64,000 bases of DNA from Gonapodya sp. JEL0774. Lineage: Eukaryota. The notes beneath the pieces were generated by a model. That model ran no database searches, was not told where the DNA came from, and saw only the letters and a list, made by a program, of their open reading frames with translations. The DNA lies in assembly GCA_027604505.1 (NCBI GenBank), contig JADIIX010000007.1, positions 62,001 to 126,000 on the forward strand, written 5' to 3'. Shown one piece after another: positions 49,525 to 63,415 of the stretch. Position numbers and translations under genes: made by a program. The stretch's first letter is position 1. Each line of letters starts with the position of its first letter.

Positions 49525-52167
49525 CTACGGTGTCAATTTCGAAGAGTTTAGCTCAACTGCAGCCTGTAATGCAAGCTGGAACTCTGTGTTGAGATCTGTG
49601 GCCCGAACATCGAGGCGAGTAATGTACTGTAAGACAGATAGCGTAAGAGCCTGTGACACGCAAATCGATCAACACCACAGAGCATTACTTTATTTCCCCG
49701 CACCCCGTCAAGAAGAGCTTTCCCTGCCAGATCTTCTTTGGACATAGCTTCTCCCCCTTGAAGTGCACTCATGGATACAACACTCTCCGCTCGGCTGGGT
49801 GCAGCTGACGCCATTCGTGATTTAATGTCACCACTCGGTAAAGGTGGCAAGTCAGGTAGCTCAATCGTAGAAGGGGAAGCGGTCGGTGTTGTGCTCGCTG
49901 CAGCGGTGGAAGACTCGCTTTGCAGTGTCGCTCCAAACTTGTTGCAGCTTAGATCCACCTTCTCCAAAACTGCGGCGACGTTGCGACGTAGAGCTGCTCC
50001 AACTGCAATGGCGGTGTCGCAGCCGACACCAGTGGATGCCAGATCGAGTATCTTGACAGTAGAATTTCCGGGTGGCTTGCCGCCGGCTGTGGGGATAAGG
50101 GGGTGAGTTGTCATCTCATTCGTCCGGGCAAGGCCCTGCACAACCTCCACGCCTCCTGCATCACCAAGGTCGTTGAGTCGCAAAGATAGGTGCACAAGAC
50201 TTGTGTTCCACCAAAGTGCACGGCCCAATGACTGGGCACCAACTGCATCGATCCGATTGTTACAGAGGAGGAGGTGGGTAAGAGCGATTCCCGGAAGATA
50301 AACAGCGGAGAAACCCTGAAGCGCTGGTTGAGGAGGGAAGGCAAGCAAGTGAGCTATCGCTCTCGTCCCTGCTGAGGCTATTCGGTTATGAGACAGATCT
50401 GTACAATGACAAGTCCATGGAAACACACCCAGCGCGAGAAAAAACGACATTGACAATTCTCGAACCTAGCTTTCTAATTGGCCCTCCAGCCATTGCTCTA
50501 CACAGCAAGCGGCATTTGTCGTCATCAATCGCCGATCGAGTGATAGTCAAAGACACGAGACAATTGGTAAAGTGATCGGGGAGACTCTTAGACAGGATAA
50601 CTTCTGGGAACTTGGCGATTTGAGCCTGGTACTGATTTGCTTGCCACTCAAGTGCGCGACAAAGCCGAATGCAATCGTTTTGGGTCATTCCAAAGAGTTT
50701 CCAGGAGAAATTCATTGCGGTATCTCTCATTCTGACAATGAACACCATAAGATCCACGAATTTCTTTGTGCAGATTTGCTTCAGACTTCAGAGCCTCACC
50801 CGAAGTACACTTCCAACTCCCGCAATCCATGTATCCCACCAGGGCCGAGCAGCTCGCCAAGATCAAGATGATCTCCCTCCAGTGATCGATCTGCAAATGG
50901 TATCCCACTGTCGGGCATGATTCCGGGTGTTGTTGGTATCGGATTCAAGTACGGAAGGTTGGAGGAAGGCGCAGGTCGGAGCTGCTCGATTCGCAGAGTT
51001 CGGATAAATGGCCCAGAAATTCGAAGCAAATCGGCGAACTCTCCAGTCGTGAGAGTATTTGGAGCGAGAGGCTCGCCAGTGAGAGAGGCCATTAACTGAG
51101 GTGAAAAGATCGGTCCCGAAACCGGTACTACTGCGGCTGACGACTGGGAACCGTCTGTTGTTCCGCGTCGCCCTGCCGACCCGGGCACCGAAGAGGAAGT
51201 GGGGGAGATGGGTACACCAGTAGTTCCACCCTTATTTGCCACCTTTTGTATATTGGCAATGAGCTTTAGTGCCGGTGCAGCAGAGATGGGGGTTGGGGTG
51301 CTGAAACCCGGTGGAGGGGCGATCCCATCCCCTGCGGCACCACCACCTGCTGGAGGCACAAACCCTTCAATTTCTCTTTGAAGGTAGAGTTCAAAGAAGA
51401 GGCGCTTCCAAGAATAGCCATGATGAGAGGGAACGCATTCGGACGGAGTGAATGTTGCCAGGGCTCGGCGGTGCCAATACGAAGGTGCCGAGACTTGCGG
51501 ATGTGTCGGTGTGGAGCTCAACTGAGTGATTTGTGATGACCCCGAGTGCACTCCCGAGATAATCTCCTGACTGGCGTCCGGGATGATAGGAGCAGCTACG
51601 GAGAGCGAAATCTCCGCCGGGAGCAGAGATAATAGAACCTTTCGATGTTTCAGTGGGAGCGGTGCCAGAACCGGGTTCTCTATCGGATGTTTCAATAAAG
51701 ACGGTCAGTTATTTACCAGAAAGACCCAATCTGAAGTGAAGTGGGAACGGTCCCGTGAACATACGGTCAAAGTTGGCGACAAGAACCTCGATACACAAGG
51801 TAGTGAGTCTTTTGACTGATGATAGATTCCAAGTGGGATCTTCTGCAATAAGTCTACGCTCTCCCTTCGCAAGAATAGGCTCCGATGATTGCAACTCGGA
51901 GTCAGTGGCAGGAGCGGGAGTCGCGTCTGAATGCGCGTGAGTTGTCTTTCTCTTTTGATTCCCCTGTCCCAAAGACGATCGACGCTTATCCAATTTCTCT
52001 GCCTTGTTCGATATCTCAGATGGGTTTGTGGAAGTTGCTTCATTTGAGTGAGTTGCATGTGACGCGTTCCCATTCGTGTTCGCAATCAGCTGCGATTGCG
52101 AGTTCCGATTTGACTCTTGTGTGCCTGCCACCGAAGAGCGCCGAGTTAAGTCCGCCGTGTCTCCCAT
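49525..52167 (-). CDS. DRC5: Dynein regulatory complex subunit 5 (TCTE1), LRR protein, multi-exon
   Basis: RRLIAEDPTWNL...LTTLCIEVLVANF, YWHRR, HGYSWKRLFFELYLQ, DHLDL, MNFSWKLFGMT, IDDDKCRLL, DLSHNRI, LHLSLRLNDLGDAGG, TRLDVR. Confidence 0.92.
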
Positions 52168-52332
52168 GTCTGCAGGAGAACCCGATCAACAAGGTTGGTT
52201 AGAAGGCCACAGCACCCATCAAACAAATATTCATAATTCTTTTATTTGATCCGAATTGACTTCGAACTCCGAAGATACAAGAAGATTCCGAAGATACAAG
52301 AATATTCCGAAAACTCAAGAATAAATCCCAGC

Positions 52333-55300
52333 TCAGACAAACTTGAGCTTCGACACGTGGTCAGTTTTTCGACGTGTCGATCGGATATACCCCAGCATTT
52401 GAAGTTCTGCGACTGCTCGCGCAAACCGAGCGTGTACGATTTGCAGTCGTTCCAGCTTTTCGGCCTTCGCTTCTGCGGTGAGTTTGTCGTCACTTTCAAT
52501 ATCTGAGTAGGTGGCGTCATCGTCATGGGACATCTCTGACTCTGTGTCTGCATTTGGCCGAGATCATGAAAGAGAAAGGACACACATACACGCAGAGAAT
52601 GAAGAATCCATCAAAAGCTTTTATTTAAAAATCAAAATCAATTAATACCACTCACCAGAGACGCTGTTGGGTATTCTCGCCTTCCCGCTACCGTTTACTC
52701 TCCCTCCTGGGGACATCCCACCCCCACGTACCTTGCTCTGCGGTGCCATCGCCACAACGGCTTTGAAACTTACAAACCAATCAAAGAGGTTCACGAGCTT
52801 TCCATGCTCCAGATACAGCCCGTAAGCCACGCTTGTATCGTGCATCGTTGGAGAGACAACGTGTTCGCCGTGGCGGGAAGGTAGGGGACAACACTCACAT
52901 CGGAGATAAGATGGTGAAGCAGCGAGTGCGACGTGAGAAGAGGGAAACAACTGAGGCATGAACGTCTTGGTAGAGCGACGAGGATTAATTGCGCTGATAA
53001 CGGATTGGACAAATTACACTCCGACAGCCTCACCTTTTCAATGACGCCGGAATCATCAAAGTATTCAAGCTCCCATCCTATGAATTCTTCGTAAGTCCTG
53101 AGTCCAGCAGTCACGTACGTGGAAAACCAGTTCTCAAACTCGGCTAACGCCCCCTTCCATGTTCCCTTTTCCATCTCTTTCCTCCTTTCCTCTTCCTCTA
53201 CCCGCAATCGCCGTGCTAGGTTCGTGCTTCTTCCGTGGTGTGAGCCATTGCTAGTCGATCCTTTCCACCCATGTAGTTTTTCTGCGTCGAGACCATTCGT
53301 TGTCCTCACATACCCGGAGGTTCGAACGGATTGTCCATCAGTAGAGCCATTATAGCTGCTCAGCACATCGATAGCTGCAGCTAGTGTTCTAGCGGCATCA
53401 CGTGCGCGGTTTCGTACCCGTGGAGGTTTTGCTTCATCGGTGCGAGCCCCGTCAAGTAAGTTCTTAACCTCTTGAAGAACTGCGATAAGGTCGCTCGGCC
53501 GTTTTCTCGATAAGCTCACAACTACCCGTTTGAGCCATTCAGAATTGGATAGGCTTCGGGCGGCATCTGGGTCGAGCGCATGCCGAAAAAGAGTTGCTGG
53601 ACGAGCTTGCATGCCAGAAGCAGAGGCAAGGCTACGGAGAATGAGCCATGCGATGTGACGATTTGCTGCATGTGTGCGAAGGCCCCGAAGAAATACAGGG
53701 ACGAAATTCGTGAGGAAGAAGCGGGGTGTGCAGGAGAGAAGCGAATCGAGGTCAGACACACTCGCTGGTGTGGAGTTGGTAGTATCGAGGATGTGTTCAG
53801 AGTGTCTGTAAGGAAAACTGAATCTCAGACAACATGACAAGCTAGCAAGCATTGTACCAGGAACCACCTCTGTACAGAGCCCCAACAAACTCTCGCAACC
53901 TCTCCATAACCACCGATTCCGTCTTCATCACCGACCGATTCCATCAACTTTATCACCCGCTCCCACTCCCCTGAACCATGATCGGGATCCAACCCTACCA
54001 GAACACTCAGCGGATTTCGACAGAAATGTGCCATCAATGCATATTGTATGCCCCGAACCAATTCCGAAATGGAGAGCAGACGGTCCGTGAACTGTGCGAG
54101 AAGAACGTCGTAGACGGCGTGAGAAAGTAGTACCGGTGAGGCAGAATAGGCGAAAAGCTTGAGGCGAGTCGACATAAGTGAGTAGCGGGATTATAAATGG
54201 GTGCGGCAAGCATAATTACAAGATTGACCCACTTCTTCAACTATTGCATCCAGACAATCAGAAGCTTGCTGCAAGTAGAATGGCTCAGGCCTCAGAAGGC
54301 TCACCACAGAGCTTGGTAGCGCTTGGTGAATTGTTTCCATTGAGGTTGCCAGTCCGATGAGGAGCACGAAAGGAAGTTCCGACATATAATCGCTTGACAG
54401 CGACATAATTTGAGCTTAAAAACTTTGCATTTATAACAGTAAGATCTCACCCAAGCACGGTTACGAGGTCACCCACGACGCTAGGAGGGAATCCTTCGAA
54501 GTCGTGTAGCATGACCACGAGCCTGGCTTCTGTTCCTTCTTCTCGTTTTCTTCTCCACCAAGCGCGCAATACCTTCATGTCATGGCCAACAGCTTTGCTG
54601 TTTCCTGCAGGACGTTTGCGGAAGGTGAAGGGTGAGGAAAACGGGTCGCCTCGACTTGTTCGTTGCTTTAGATCAGCTTCGTCTCCATCCAGATCAGCTG
54701 CACTGGTATTATCAGTTTCGTCGTCATCATCTTCGTCGTCTTGAGGGGCTTCACCAACAGGGTCCATGAATGACTCAATCGTTATTCGCATGGCAGATTT
54801 AAGATTAGGGCAGTCCGAAGGCAGCAGGTGTGCAACTCGAACTTCAGCACGGAGAGAAGGCTGTGGCGCACTAAGAGCAGTTGTAGCATGGGGCGTGAAC
54901 GAAGAAGGACGCAGCTCGAGGATCCGCTTGAATAGGCGTGAATACAGGATATCGTGGTCGGCACCATTGATTCCTGTGAGAGGGGACATAACAAAATTTC
55001 AAACAAAATACCTTGCAGCCAATTTATAACGACGTACCTGAAAATATGAGGCCCGTGGGGATGTCATGGAGGGGTAAAATGGATGCCCTAGGAGAATAAT
55101 TCAATGGGAATTACACCCTTGCTCGAGCACATGAATCCCACCTGTCACCCGACCAGTGGTCAGCCTCGACGAATCTGGCGATGTTATCGATTGCGTCACG
55201 GTTGAGGTTTATCATGACATCCTGCCAGGCACTACGATGAGAAACTCCAGACACAAAACCGGGACAAGAACTGACATCGATTTTCCATTTGACTATCCGC

Positions 55301-55663
55301 CAAGCTTCATTGAATTTTCTCTCGCGGAGCTCGCAGAGCTCTCTCGGTTCCTCAAAATGGCCCTCATATACACAAGGCTCAAACCCAAGACTGATGGCGG
55401 AACTATTTTTCACTGAGGGCGTGACATAGATTGAAGTATGGCGGCATTGCATCCGCAGGGATATTTAGAATGAAAGCGGGCTCGTACTTTAAATTATACC
55501 ACTCACATTCAGTTCGCTTCCGTGAAGAAGGGCCAGAATCAAAGCCGCTATTCTTGTGCTCGAAGTCATTAGCACCCTCTGATTCGTCAGGAATGATAAA
55601 GAATGTCGTCTGAATGCCCAATTCACGAATCAAGACACAATGTGAGATTGTGTTGGAAACCAT
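52333..55663 (-). CDS. ORC3: Origin recognition complex subunit 3, multi-exon
   Basis: LTGINGADH, LVVMLHDFEGF...DLV, LPFVLLIGLATS, YALMAHFCRNPLSVL, DTSVAYGLYLEHGKLVNLFDWFVSF, HARFARAVAELQMLGYIRSTRRKTDHV. Confidence 0.93.
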
Positions 55664-55864
55664 GAATGCCGGAACTTCGATCTCACCCGAGTCAAAGAGT
55701 CAAACTCGTCAACACCGATTTCCTCTGCGTTTTCGTCCTCAGCATCAGCTTCCCGTCGTCGCTTGGTTGGACGCATGCGTGATATTCGGTGATATGTTGT
55801 TTTGCCAAGTGAATCATGATGGCCGGCTAGATTTTACATATATAACCAACTTTATTACATTCTC

Positions 55865-57161
55865 ATGTCAAACCAGAACAGCGGCCTCGCCTTTGGCCTC
55901 AATATTACAAAGAAGAAACCTATCATCGGACCAGCGAAGCCTGGTTTCCTTGACGGCGGACGGCAACCCAGAGCTTCTCTGATCTTACCTCAGAAACGGA
56001 AGGCACCCACGGCATCTCTCCTTGGGGAACCAGATGACGATGCGATTGCAGGACAGTCAGGGCGAGTACTTTCTGACAAGGACAGAGCCCGGGCAGAGAT
56101 TCGAGCTGCTCAAAAGAAGTCAGAGGAACTAACGCGTCTGGAGCTTCAAAAGACACTTGAGTCCGAGGACGCCAGTATATTCGATTATGACGGGGCGTAT
56201 GATGACATCAAAGCTGCCGAAAGAGAAGCAAAAAGACAGAAAGGAGCACTGGAAGAGGACAAGGAGAAGGGAAGGAAACAGGTGAGGCTCAACCTTTGCT
56301 CTCCCCGCTTCTACCCTGGTTCTCACCAGGAGAGGAAATTCACCACAGCCTCGTTACATTGGAAACCTCCTCCGCGCTGCTGAGCAACGGAAAATTGACT
56401 TGCTTCAGGCGACTGAGCGTAAGATTCAACGCGAGCGAGAGGCTGAAGGTGACGAGTTTGGCGACACAGAGAAGTTTGTGACTGGAGCATATAAGCAAAC
56501 TATTGAAGATATGCGGCGAACGGAGGAAGAGGAAACGAAGCGCGCCGAGATGGAGGACGTCACCAGGAAAGGAGACCTGACCGGATTCTTCCGCACAATG
56601 CTCAATGAGACCACACGAAAGGTTGTCGTCCCACAAAAAGGAGCGGCATCCGGCACCAGTGCCATCCCAACAGAGAAAGTCACACATTCTTCTGTGTCCG
56701 CGGACCCTGAACGAGCGGAATCCCAACAAGTTCGCCATCCCCTCCCCTCGGGTGTGATTGTTAATGACTCCGATGAAATTGTTGACAAACGTCAGCTCCT
56801 CAGCGGTGGTCTAAATATTACATCCTCGAAGACCAAAACTGCTGCGCAACTGGACCGTGAGGATCGCGAGGAGAAGGAGCGGGTGGAGCGAGAACAGCGT
56901 ATTCGAGACAATCGGGCAAAGGAGGAGGAACGGCGCCGACGGATGGCAGAGGCCGAGCGAACTGCAGCATACGTGGAGGAACAGAGGAGGGCTGTGGAAG
57001 AACAGCTTCGAGAGAAGAAGGCGAAGGAGATTCAGGAACTCAAAGAAGTAACGCAACGGAGGACAAATGAGACTGCCGCGGAGGAAGCGCGCAGAAGATT
57101 CTTGGAGAGAAAGAAAGCTGGTGCTGCTGCTGCCGCATTGGAGGATAGTGACGAAGACTGA
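55865..57161 (+). CDS. NSRP1: Nuclear speckle splicing regulatory protein 1 / CCDC55 (DUF2040 family), 2 exons
   Basis: FGLN, DASIFDYDGAYDDIK, PRYIGNLLRAAEQRK...ERKIQREREAEGDEFGDTEKFVTGAYK, VNDSDEIVDKRQLLSGGLNI, ARRRFLERK. Confidence 0.9.
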
Positions 57162-57203
57162 TAACCATGACAATATATTGTGTCGCTGCGGGGCATGTTT
57201 CGT

Positions 57204-60200
57204 TCAGCAGTCCGCACTATCAAAGCCTATCTTTCGTCGCTCGGCGACCCAATCCCGAACGCGTGCTCGTTCCGCCTCAATCCACAGGCCAATCTCCCCC
57301 TGCCCACCTGAAGCTATCAAATGTTTGACGGCGTTCTCCATTTCCTTTATCCTTCGTTGTTCCATCTGCACATTTCTCAAGCCGAGTTGTGCAACGACAT
57401 GTGACCTCAGCAACGCAATTCCTGGTGATAGTTGCCCAACATCGATTGGCGAAGCTGGAGGGGAGGGAATGGGGTCTGGGAGTGGTGGGGGCAAGTTATG
57501 AGGTGATTCAATGGAAGGCATTGATCCTTTCAACGATGAGGACGGGCAGGGATCCCCTGCGTCATCTTGGAGTTTTCTTTCACTAGCTTGTCTGAGACCG
57601 TTTACATTTTCTTCTTCGTCTCTCTCGAAGGTACCGTCGGCCCTTCTTGCCATTGCTTGAAGAATATTCGCTTCCTGAATGGAACTTCGCCTGCGACGCC
57701 ATCTATTAAAGTCGCTTGGACTCGATGCTTGAATTACAGTGGTTATGATATCGGTTTCCCCTTCGGAAACTGTGAATGGTGCTTCCTTGCCAGTTCGCAA
57801 AACGGCATTGTCTGGGAGCTCCACACCTTTGGACAAGAGCAAACCTGACACTTCTTTGCGAACTAGTTCTGAAGGATCTGTTTGGAAAATTCCAAGAAGG
57901 ACCTCTCTCGCGTGTGAGGAATGGGATTCAGTCGCTACTCCTCCTTCTGAATTGCGGCGGCTGCCGATAAATGATGATCTCCGAAGCCCAAAAATAACGC
58001 TTTGTTGTGCAAATTCAGGAAGAATAGCCAAACTGGACTGTCCACGAAGATCAGTGATTGGAGGCGCCGTTTTGAACAGGTCACCAAGAAGCCCAGAATC
58101 AGTTTCATTTCGGTCACTAGAGGATCCCAACGCCGATCTGTGCGGGTGGCCGTTCTCGTCCTGTCTGTCCATTCCATTCCGTGGAATGTCGTCAGTGGTG
58201 TCCGCAAGCCCCATCGATCCCACGCACCGAACAGCCTCCACTCGAACGTGTTCATCCGGATCACACCTCATAGCTCCCAGCAGTGATTGAACAAGCGCAG
58301 GTGTTTGCTTTAACAGGCTGAGAGTTTTGAAAGCCATCATCCTTGTTTCTGCGATTGGGTCCATTAGGCACGACAGCAAGCAGGGTGTAAGCGAGTACGG
58401 CGGTGGCAAATATGATCCAAGGTCCAGCACTGATGCGCTCTCCGATCCGCGGCTGTCCTTGATTGTCTCTTCCGAAACCCATTGGCTCCGTTGTTCCAGT
58501 TTCCCTGAAGCCCTGAGTCCCTCCACCACCTTCCACACAGCCCGTGCAGCATCGCATCTCACCACGCCATTTCCATGTGAGTCTTCCAGTGTTGCACAAA
58601 GTGCACTCCAAGTTTCCCTCGGCAAGCCTTCCACCGCTCCAAGTTTGGCTACAAACTTCAGTGCATCGTGTTGAGCCGCAATGTCTCTATCGGGACCAAC
58701 TTGGTTACCGAGGTACAAAAGCGCTCGGTATCGACAAGTTGGATCACCCAGGGGTAAATAATAGAGGGCAGTGTTCCGGACGGCCTTGTTCCAATCAGAG
58801 AAAGCAAGCTCGACAAGACGATCAAACAGGACTGTAACAAGTGGCATGTGTGGTGACAAGTAAATTGAGCTGGATTTCAAATATCCGTCGGCGTTTCGGT
58901 CGCCCACGGTGACCTCCGCTCCACTGTTTCCTCCAGGAGAGTCCACCGAAGGTGCGGGGCGCTCACTCTCAGTCTGGGGTCTCCCCGCGTTTTGCGGCAA
59001 AGCTTTAAACTTCACCGGCAACTTCCCTTGGAGGACCTTCGTCTCATTGCTTATAGCTGCCGTCATCCCTCGCTCTGCGAGTCTTTTTAGTACGATCCCC
59101 ATTACTGTACCCGCGTCTCTTCGAGTGCGCCAGTCAGAATTGCGCGAGTCCTCGTCGGCAACGGCTGGAACAGCGTTGGGATGCCGCAACTGCGCATCTG
59201 CCGAAGCGTCGGTAGCGTACCACAACAAATAAGCGGCTAAGAAGTCCACAGCAAGCTTCCGACGTTCTTCCCTCAAGCTCCCCAAGTACCCTCTTACCAC
59301 ACATAAAAACCTTTCATCTACTGGCACCGGCATCTCGTCGGGCTTGAATACGCCTCCCATCACTCCTTCAACCACCCCATCGTCAACTTCTTCTCCTCTC
59401 CACAAAGTGGGAACACATGCCCTCATCACCACTCTCCACTTAGTCTCACTATCACCTGCTTCATCCAATGCCCCTGCCAGCCCTTTCGCTAGAGCCTCCT
59501 CTTCAGCAGCCGATATCTTTTCGGTTCCCGGTTCCGCCCCGTCCTTCTCCCCGATCACCATCCGCACAACCGCTGCCGTGTGCCACAATCTCTTCGCACA
59601 TGCTTTGTCTACATCAATTCCCATTGTTGCAAGGTAAGCGCCAGCCCTAATTCCGGCCCGTGCAGCCTGGAGGGCATCAGCACTGTTCGGTGCAGTATTC
59701 GCGCCCCCAGAGCTCCTAGAGATACTGAGTGCTCGGCGTTGAGCAAAATCCTGAAGAACAGCGAGATCTGAAGCAAGCTGGCGGGGGAGTGGATTGGTGC
59801 TGGGAGCTTTGTTGCTGGTGGCTCGAACAAGCGGAGCGACTGCCAGGACCAGAATAAGACGCTGTCTTACTTCCAGCTTGCACCTACGAAACTCACTACA
59901 GCTAGCGAGTGCGTTCACACTCCCAGAGATCACAGCTCCGCCGCTTTCGTAGAGGCGCTTGGAGTCAGCTTTCTTGTGAACTTCAGTGAGGAGACCTTGC
60001 CACATGCCCGACTAGAAGGCGAACACATTTAGGAGTAGTATTAATCCGTGTTGTAGAAGATTTCATAACTCCACGTGGTTATCATTGTTCTTAGGATCCA
60101 AACTCACTCTCTGGGTGTCCAATGCCATCCTCATTCTCTCCTCGCCTCTTTGTCGTGGCACCACTGCAACGCTGCCGCCACCGAGTTTGCGCCGAAGTTC

Positions 60201-61936
60201 GTTATCAATTGTACGATGGGGGTATATTCCTTGGTTAGAATGGAGCGCATTTTCACTTAATACGCCATCGGAGGATTTCGCGGGAGCTTGGGATGAAGGT
60301 AGGGATGGGATTAGTGTGGTGGCGAGATGCACCTGACGAGCGGAGAGATCAGGGAGTAGGATACGTAAGGTGGGGAGGACGGGGGGTGGAGGCTGCGGAG
60401 GGGTCTCTGTTTGCTGGCGTTCTTGTTGAGGAGGAGTCACGACAGAGAAGACACAGAAAGGTTCGAGCGGCTGGACACCATCGCGTTGGTGTGCCGACTA
60501 AGACACAACTTACTCCCACTGTTCTCCCGCTCTACAATGCGAGTGGCCCGTTCCATCGCCCCTTCCACCATTTCGCCCACAATCGCAGCCCTGCCAGTCC
60601 CGAAAAATGAAGCGGTTGCCTTTTCTCTCTTCTCGCTCGGCTTTGGCACCCGACGCCTCGCTGCCAATGACGACGAGGAAGGTGAAGTGGGAGCGATGGC
60701 GTCCAAGAGGGGTTCCACGCCGGGTTCTGGAGGCGCGATGAATGCTGCGAGTAAGGATTCCGCATCTCGGAGGATTGGAACATCTCCCGCTCCCACTGGC
60801 TCATGCTCAGCTAATGAGCTGGAAGGTGGGGCCCGGGCTGGGAACAGTGAAACACAGCGGCGGGAAAGAGAGGTGGTCGAGGTTGGCGGAGTCGTGACTA
60901 AAATGGGGTGATGTGTGGGACGGAGATTGGCGTTGGAGGTAGCCAGGCGTCGGTCACGGTCTGCAACACGAGGATTCCCGGCTGGTGTGGTACCCACGGA
61001 GGCGCCAGGCTGAGAAAGGAGACGATACAGGAGGCGTGCGGTGCTCGGAGAGAGCGTGTGTGTGATTGTTTGGGGTGTTGAACTGGGTAACTCGGATTCG
61101 GATGACCCGGTGTGGGGATGTTGTGCACAGGCAACGGCGGGTCTGGTTGGAGTGGAAAGGTCGCCGTGGGTATGGTGGTTGGGGGGAAGTGGGAGTACCG
61201 TAACGGATATCTGGGTTTGCTTCGCTTGGTGTTTGCCTGTGATTTCATGCATTGACTTTGGAGGAGCGCGTTTGTCCCCATATTTTGAAGTTTTCCGAGA
61301 ATCGTCGGGAGGTTGTGCCCACAGTACAGGGACGCAACCGTCGTGACGAGCCGCTACAACTCCTCGCAGAGAGACACCTCCGGGAGCGAGAGCGATAAGC
61401 GTTGGGTCTGGCACTTTGAGGCCGTCTGGAGCACCGGGATGGTTTGTGATAGCAGTTGGGGAGTTGTATCGAAGGTGGGCTGTAGTAACAGGATGAGATT
61501 CGCGAGATCGGACATGTAGTACGAGAGGATCTGAGTTTAAAGGTTGCCGGGGGGTATCACAGTACGGGGAAGAGAGTTGTGGGAATGCGTCTTGGGCCAG
61601 TGTCAGAAAGGGCTGAGAGAATACAGCAGACGCCGCGGTCCCTCCATCAAGCAAAGGATCCGCATCAGGTTGCAGCTGCGCAGATTGGTTCCGTGCCTGC
61701 AACTCGTGTGCATGTCCCTTGCCAAGATGCGTTTTCCTTTTGCGAGAGACAAGAGTCCTCGCCTTCGCCGCATCTACTGCTGCCCGGTGGATCCTAGCTT
61801 TCATTTCATTTGTACGCGACAGAAAGTTGAGTCTGCGGAGGAGGTGCACCTCGAATGCGCCGTCCAGAACTTCTGCGGGATCTTTCGTCGAGCGCATGTC
61901 AACACGTCTTCCCAGGGGAGACATGGACGTTGACAT
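57204..61936 (-). CDS. Large HEAT/ARM-repeat protein (possibly HEATR4-like)
   Basis: HEAT-like units DWNKAVRNTAL, DSHGNGVVRCDAARAV, DPIAETRMMAFKTL, DPDEHVRVEAVRCV, DPSELVRKEV in the 933-aa ORF. Linking upstream ORFs 60063-60440 and 60437-61936 is likely, but I could not resolve the exact splice sites. Confidence 0.65.
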
Positions 61937-62143
61937 GGCCGGGACTGACAGCTCTCAGCGAGAGATCCCACGACTTCTGGACTGGCTCTCTGAAATATTC
62001 TGAGTGTTGACTGCGTTGAATTGCAAATATGGGGTATGTGTGCCAAGACGGAAAATGTAGTGGAAACATGGGGGATTCGCCCGCAGCATTTGGAGCACAA
62101 TCTACATATCTATTTACAGTAAGAATCACTACATATACAAGAG

Positions 62144-63415
62144 CTACGTTTTGCCCGCCTTCATCCCCTCACCGACTCTTTTCCAAAGTTTCAACGATAG
62201 TTCCTTTCCCTCCCCACCCGCAAACGGAATAAATAAATTCGTCCACGAGTCCAGCGCCGTAACCTCTACGAAGTTGTTTGCAATAAATGTAATACAGTCG
62301 TCAACCAGGGACTTAGCTCGGGGGAAGGGTGCGAGCGTGACGAGCACTTCACAGCAGGATGTAGGTGTTATGAAGCCGAGGTTCTTGCTGGATATAACAA
62401 AGAGGAGCTCTTTTAGCAGGTCGTCTGCCAGGAATTGGTCTGCCGAAGAACGGGCGTCGTTAAGTTGATGATTTCACTTTTCTTTCTGCACTTGTCTCCA
62501 AGAAATTGTCTCTGGAGAGAAGGAGTATCGTGTCATATCAGTTGAGATTTACCCACCGGAAGCTCGCCATAATTCCAAGACATGGGTGACGTTCCCCAGG
62601 TCGATTTCCAACGAACCCGTGTACATGTAAAGCAGCAGGTCACGCATAACGTCTCCACTAATATCCTTGATGATGAGCCGTCCGCTCGTGGCTTCTTCGC
62701 AGGGCATCGCCAGGAGGCTTTCAAAGTACTCGCTGGCCGACGCCAGCATGAACCGGTGCGTGAAGAGCTCGGTGCCATCGATACTCGTGACAATTGTAAA
62801 GTCTGACATAGCTCGAGACTTAAAGTCCGGTGTTCGCCTGCTGGGATATCTCGGCACGCGTCGTTTGGCGTCTTTGGAGGTCGAGGAGGAGAGGATATAA
62901 GGTGTTCCATCTTTCGGATGGACACTCACGCACGCATCCATACGAGCAGGAGTGACGGGTAAATTCAGGAGCTGCATGTGCCCGGATTTCTTCACGAGGG
63001 CGTGCAACCTCGGGTGGTCCACAATCTCCACCCCGACAAACACTGAGTTGAGAGGATGAGCTTCTATCCCCGCCTTGATTTTCATCCACTTCTCTTCGAA
63101 ATGTCCCCCCCATCCATCTCCATTCTTCTTGAATACGCTGGAGATATCGGGGGAGGACCAAGATGGTGAGGAATGAGGGGAGGTTGTCGAGTGAAGTCTG
63201 TACGTGATCGATACGGTCGTCGTCACTACTCTGCCCACAAGGTAGATGCCACTCGTTGTAGAAAACTGAAGAGCGAATGTAGATTGCCCCACGGTAAAGT
63301 CCGGAGTGAAGAAACTGTTGAGGCCCTCCACATCCCCCGCAGGCACAATGATTTCAAACAGGAAGTTCAAAACGGGAACTCGCGTGGAGGATGAACCTGG
63401 TGCGGCGGATGCCAT
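62144..63415 (-). CDS. BTB/POZ protein with N-terminal MATH-like region (SPOP-like Cullin-3 adaptor architecture)
   Basis: SDFTIVTSIDGTELFTHRFMLASASEYFESLL...EEATSGRLIIKDISGDVMRDLLLYMYTG; upstream FTPDFTVG...F.KNGDGWG is MATH-like; C-terminal LVDDCITFIANNFVEV. An acceptor near 63436 suggests possible further upstream exon(s). Confidence 0.85.

Noticed and set aside
52160..52330. RFX X-box upstream of DRC5
   Set aside because: Only a loose match (GTTCTCCTGCAGAC); not distinguishable from chance.
28876..63415. Ubiquitin-proteasome gene cluster (PSMG4, two F-box genes, BTB gene)
   Set aside because: These are large common families interspersed with unrelated genes; chance is sufficient.
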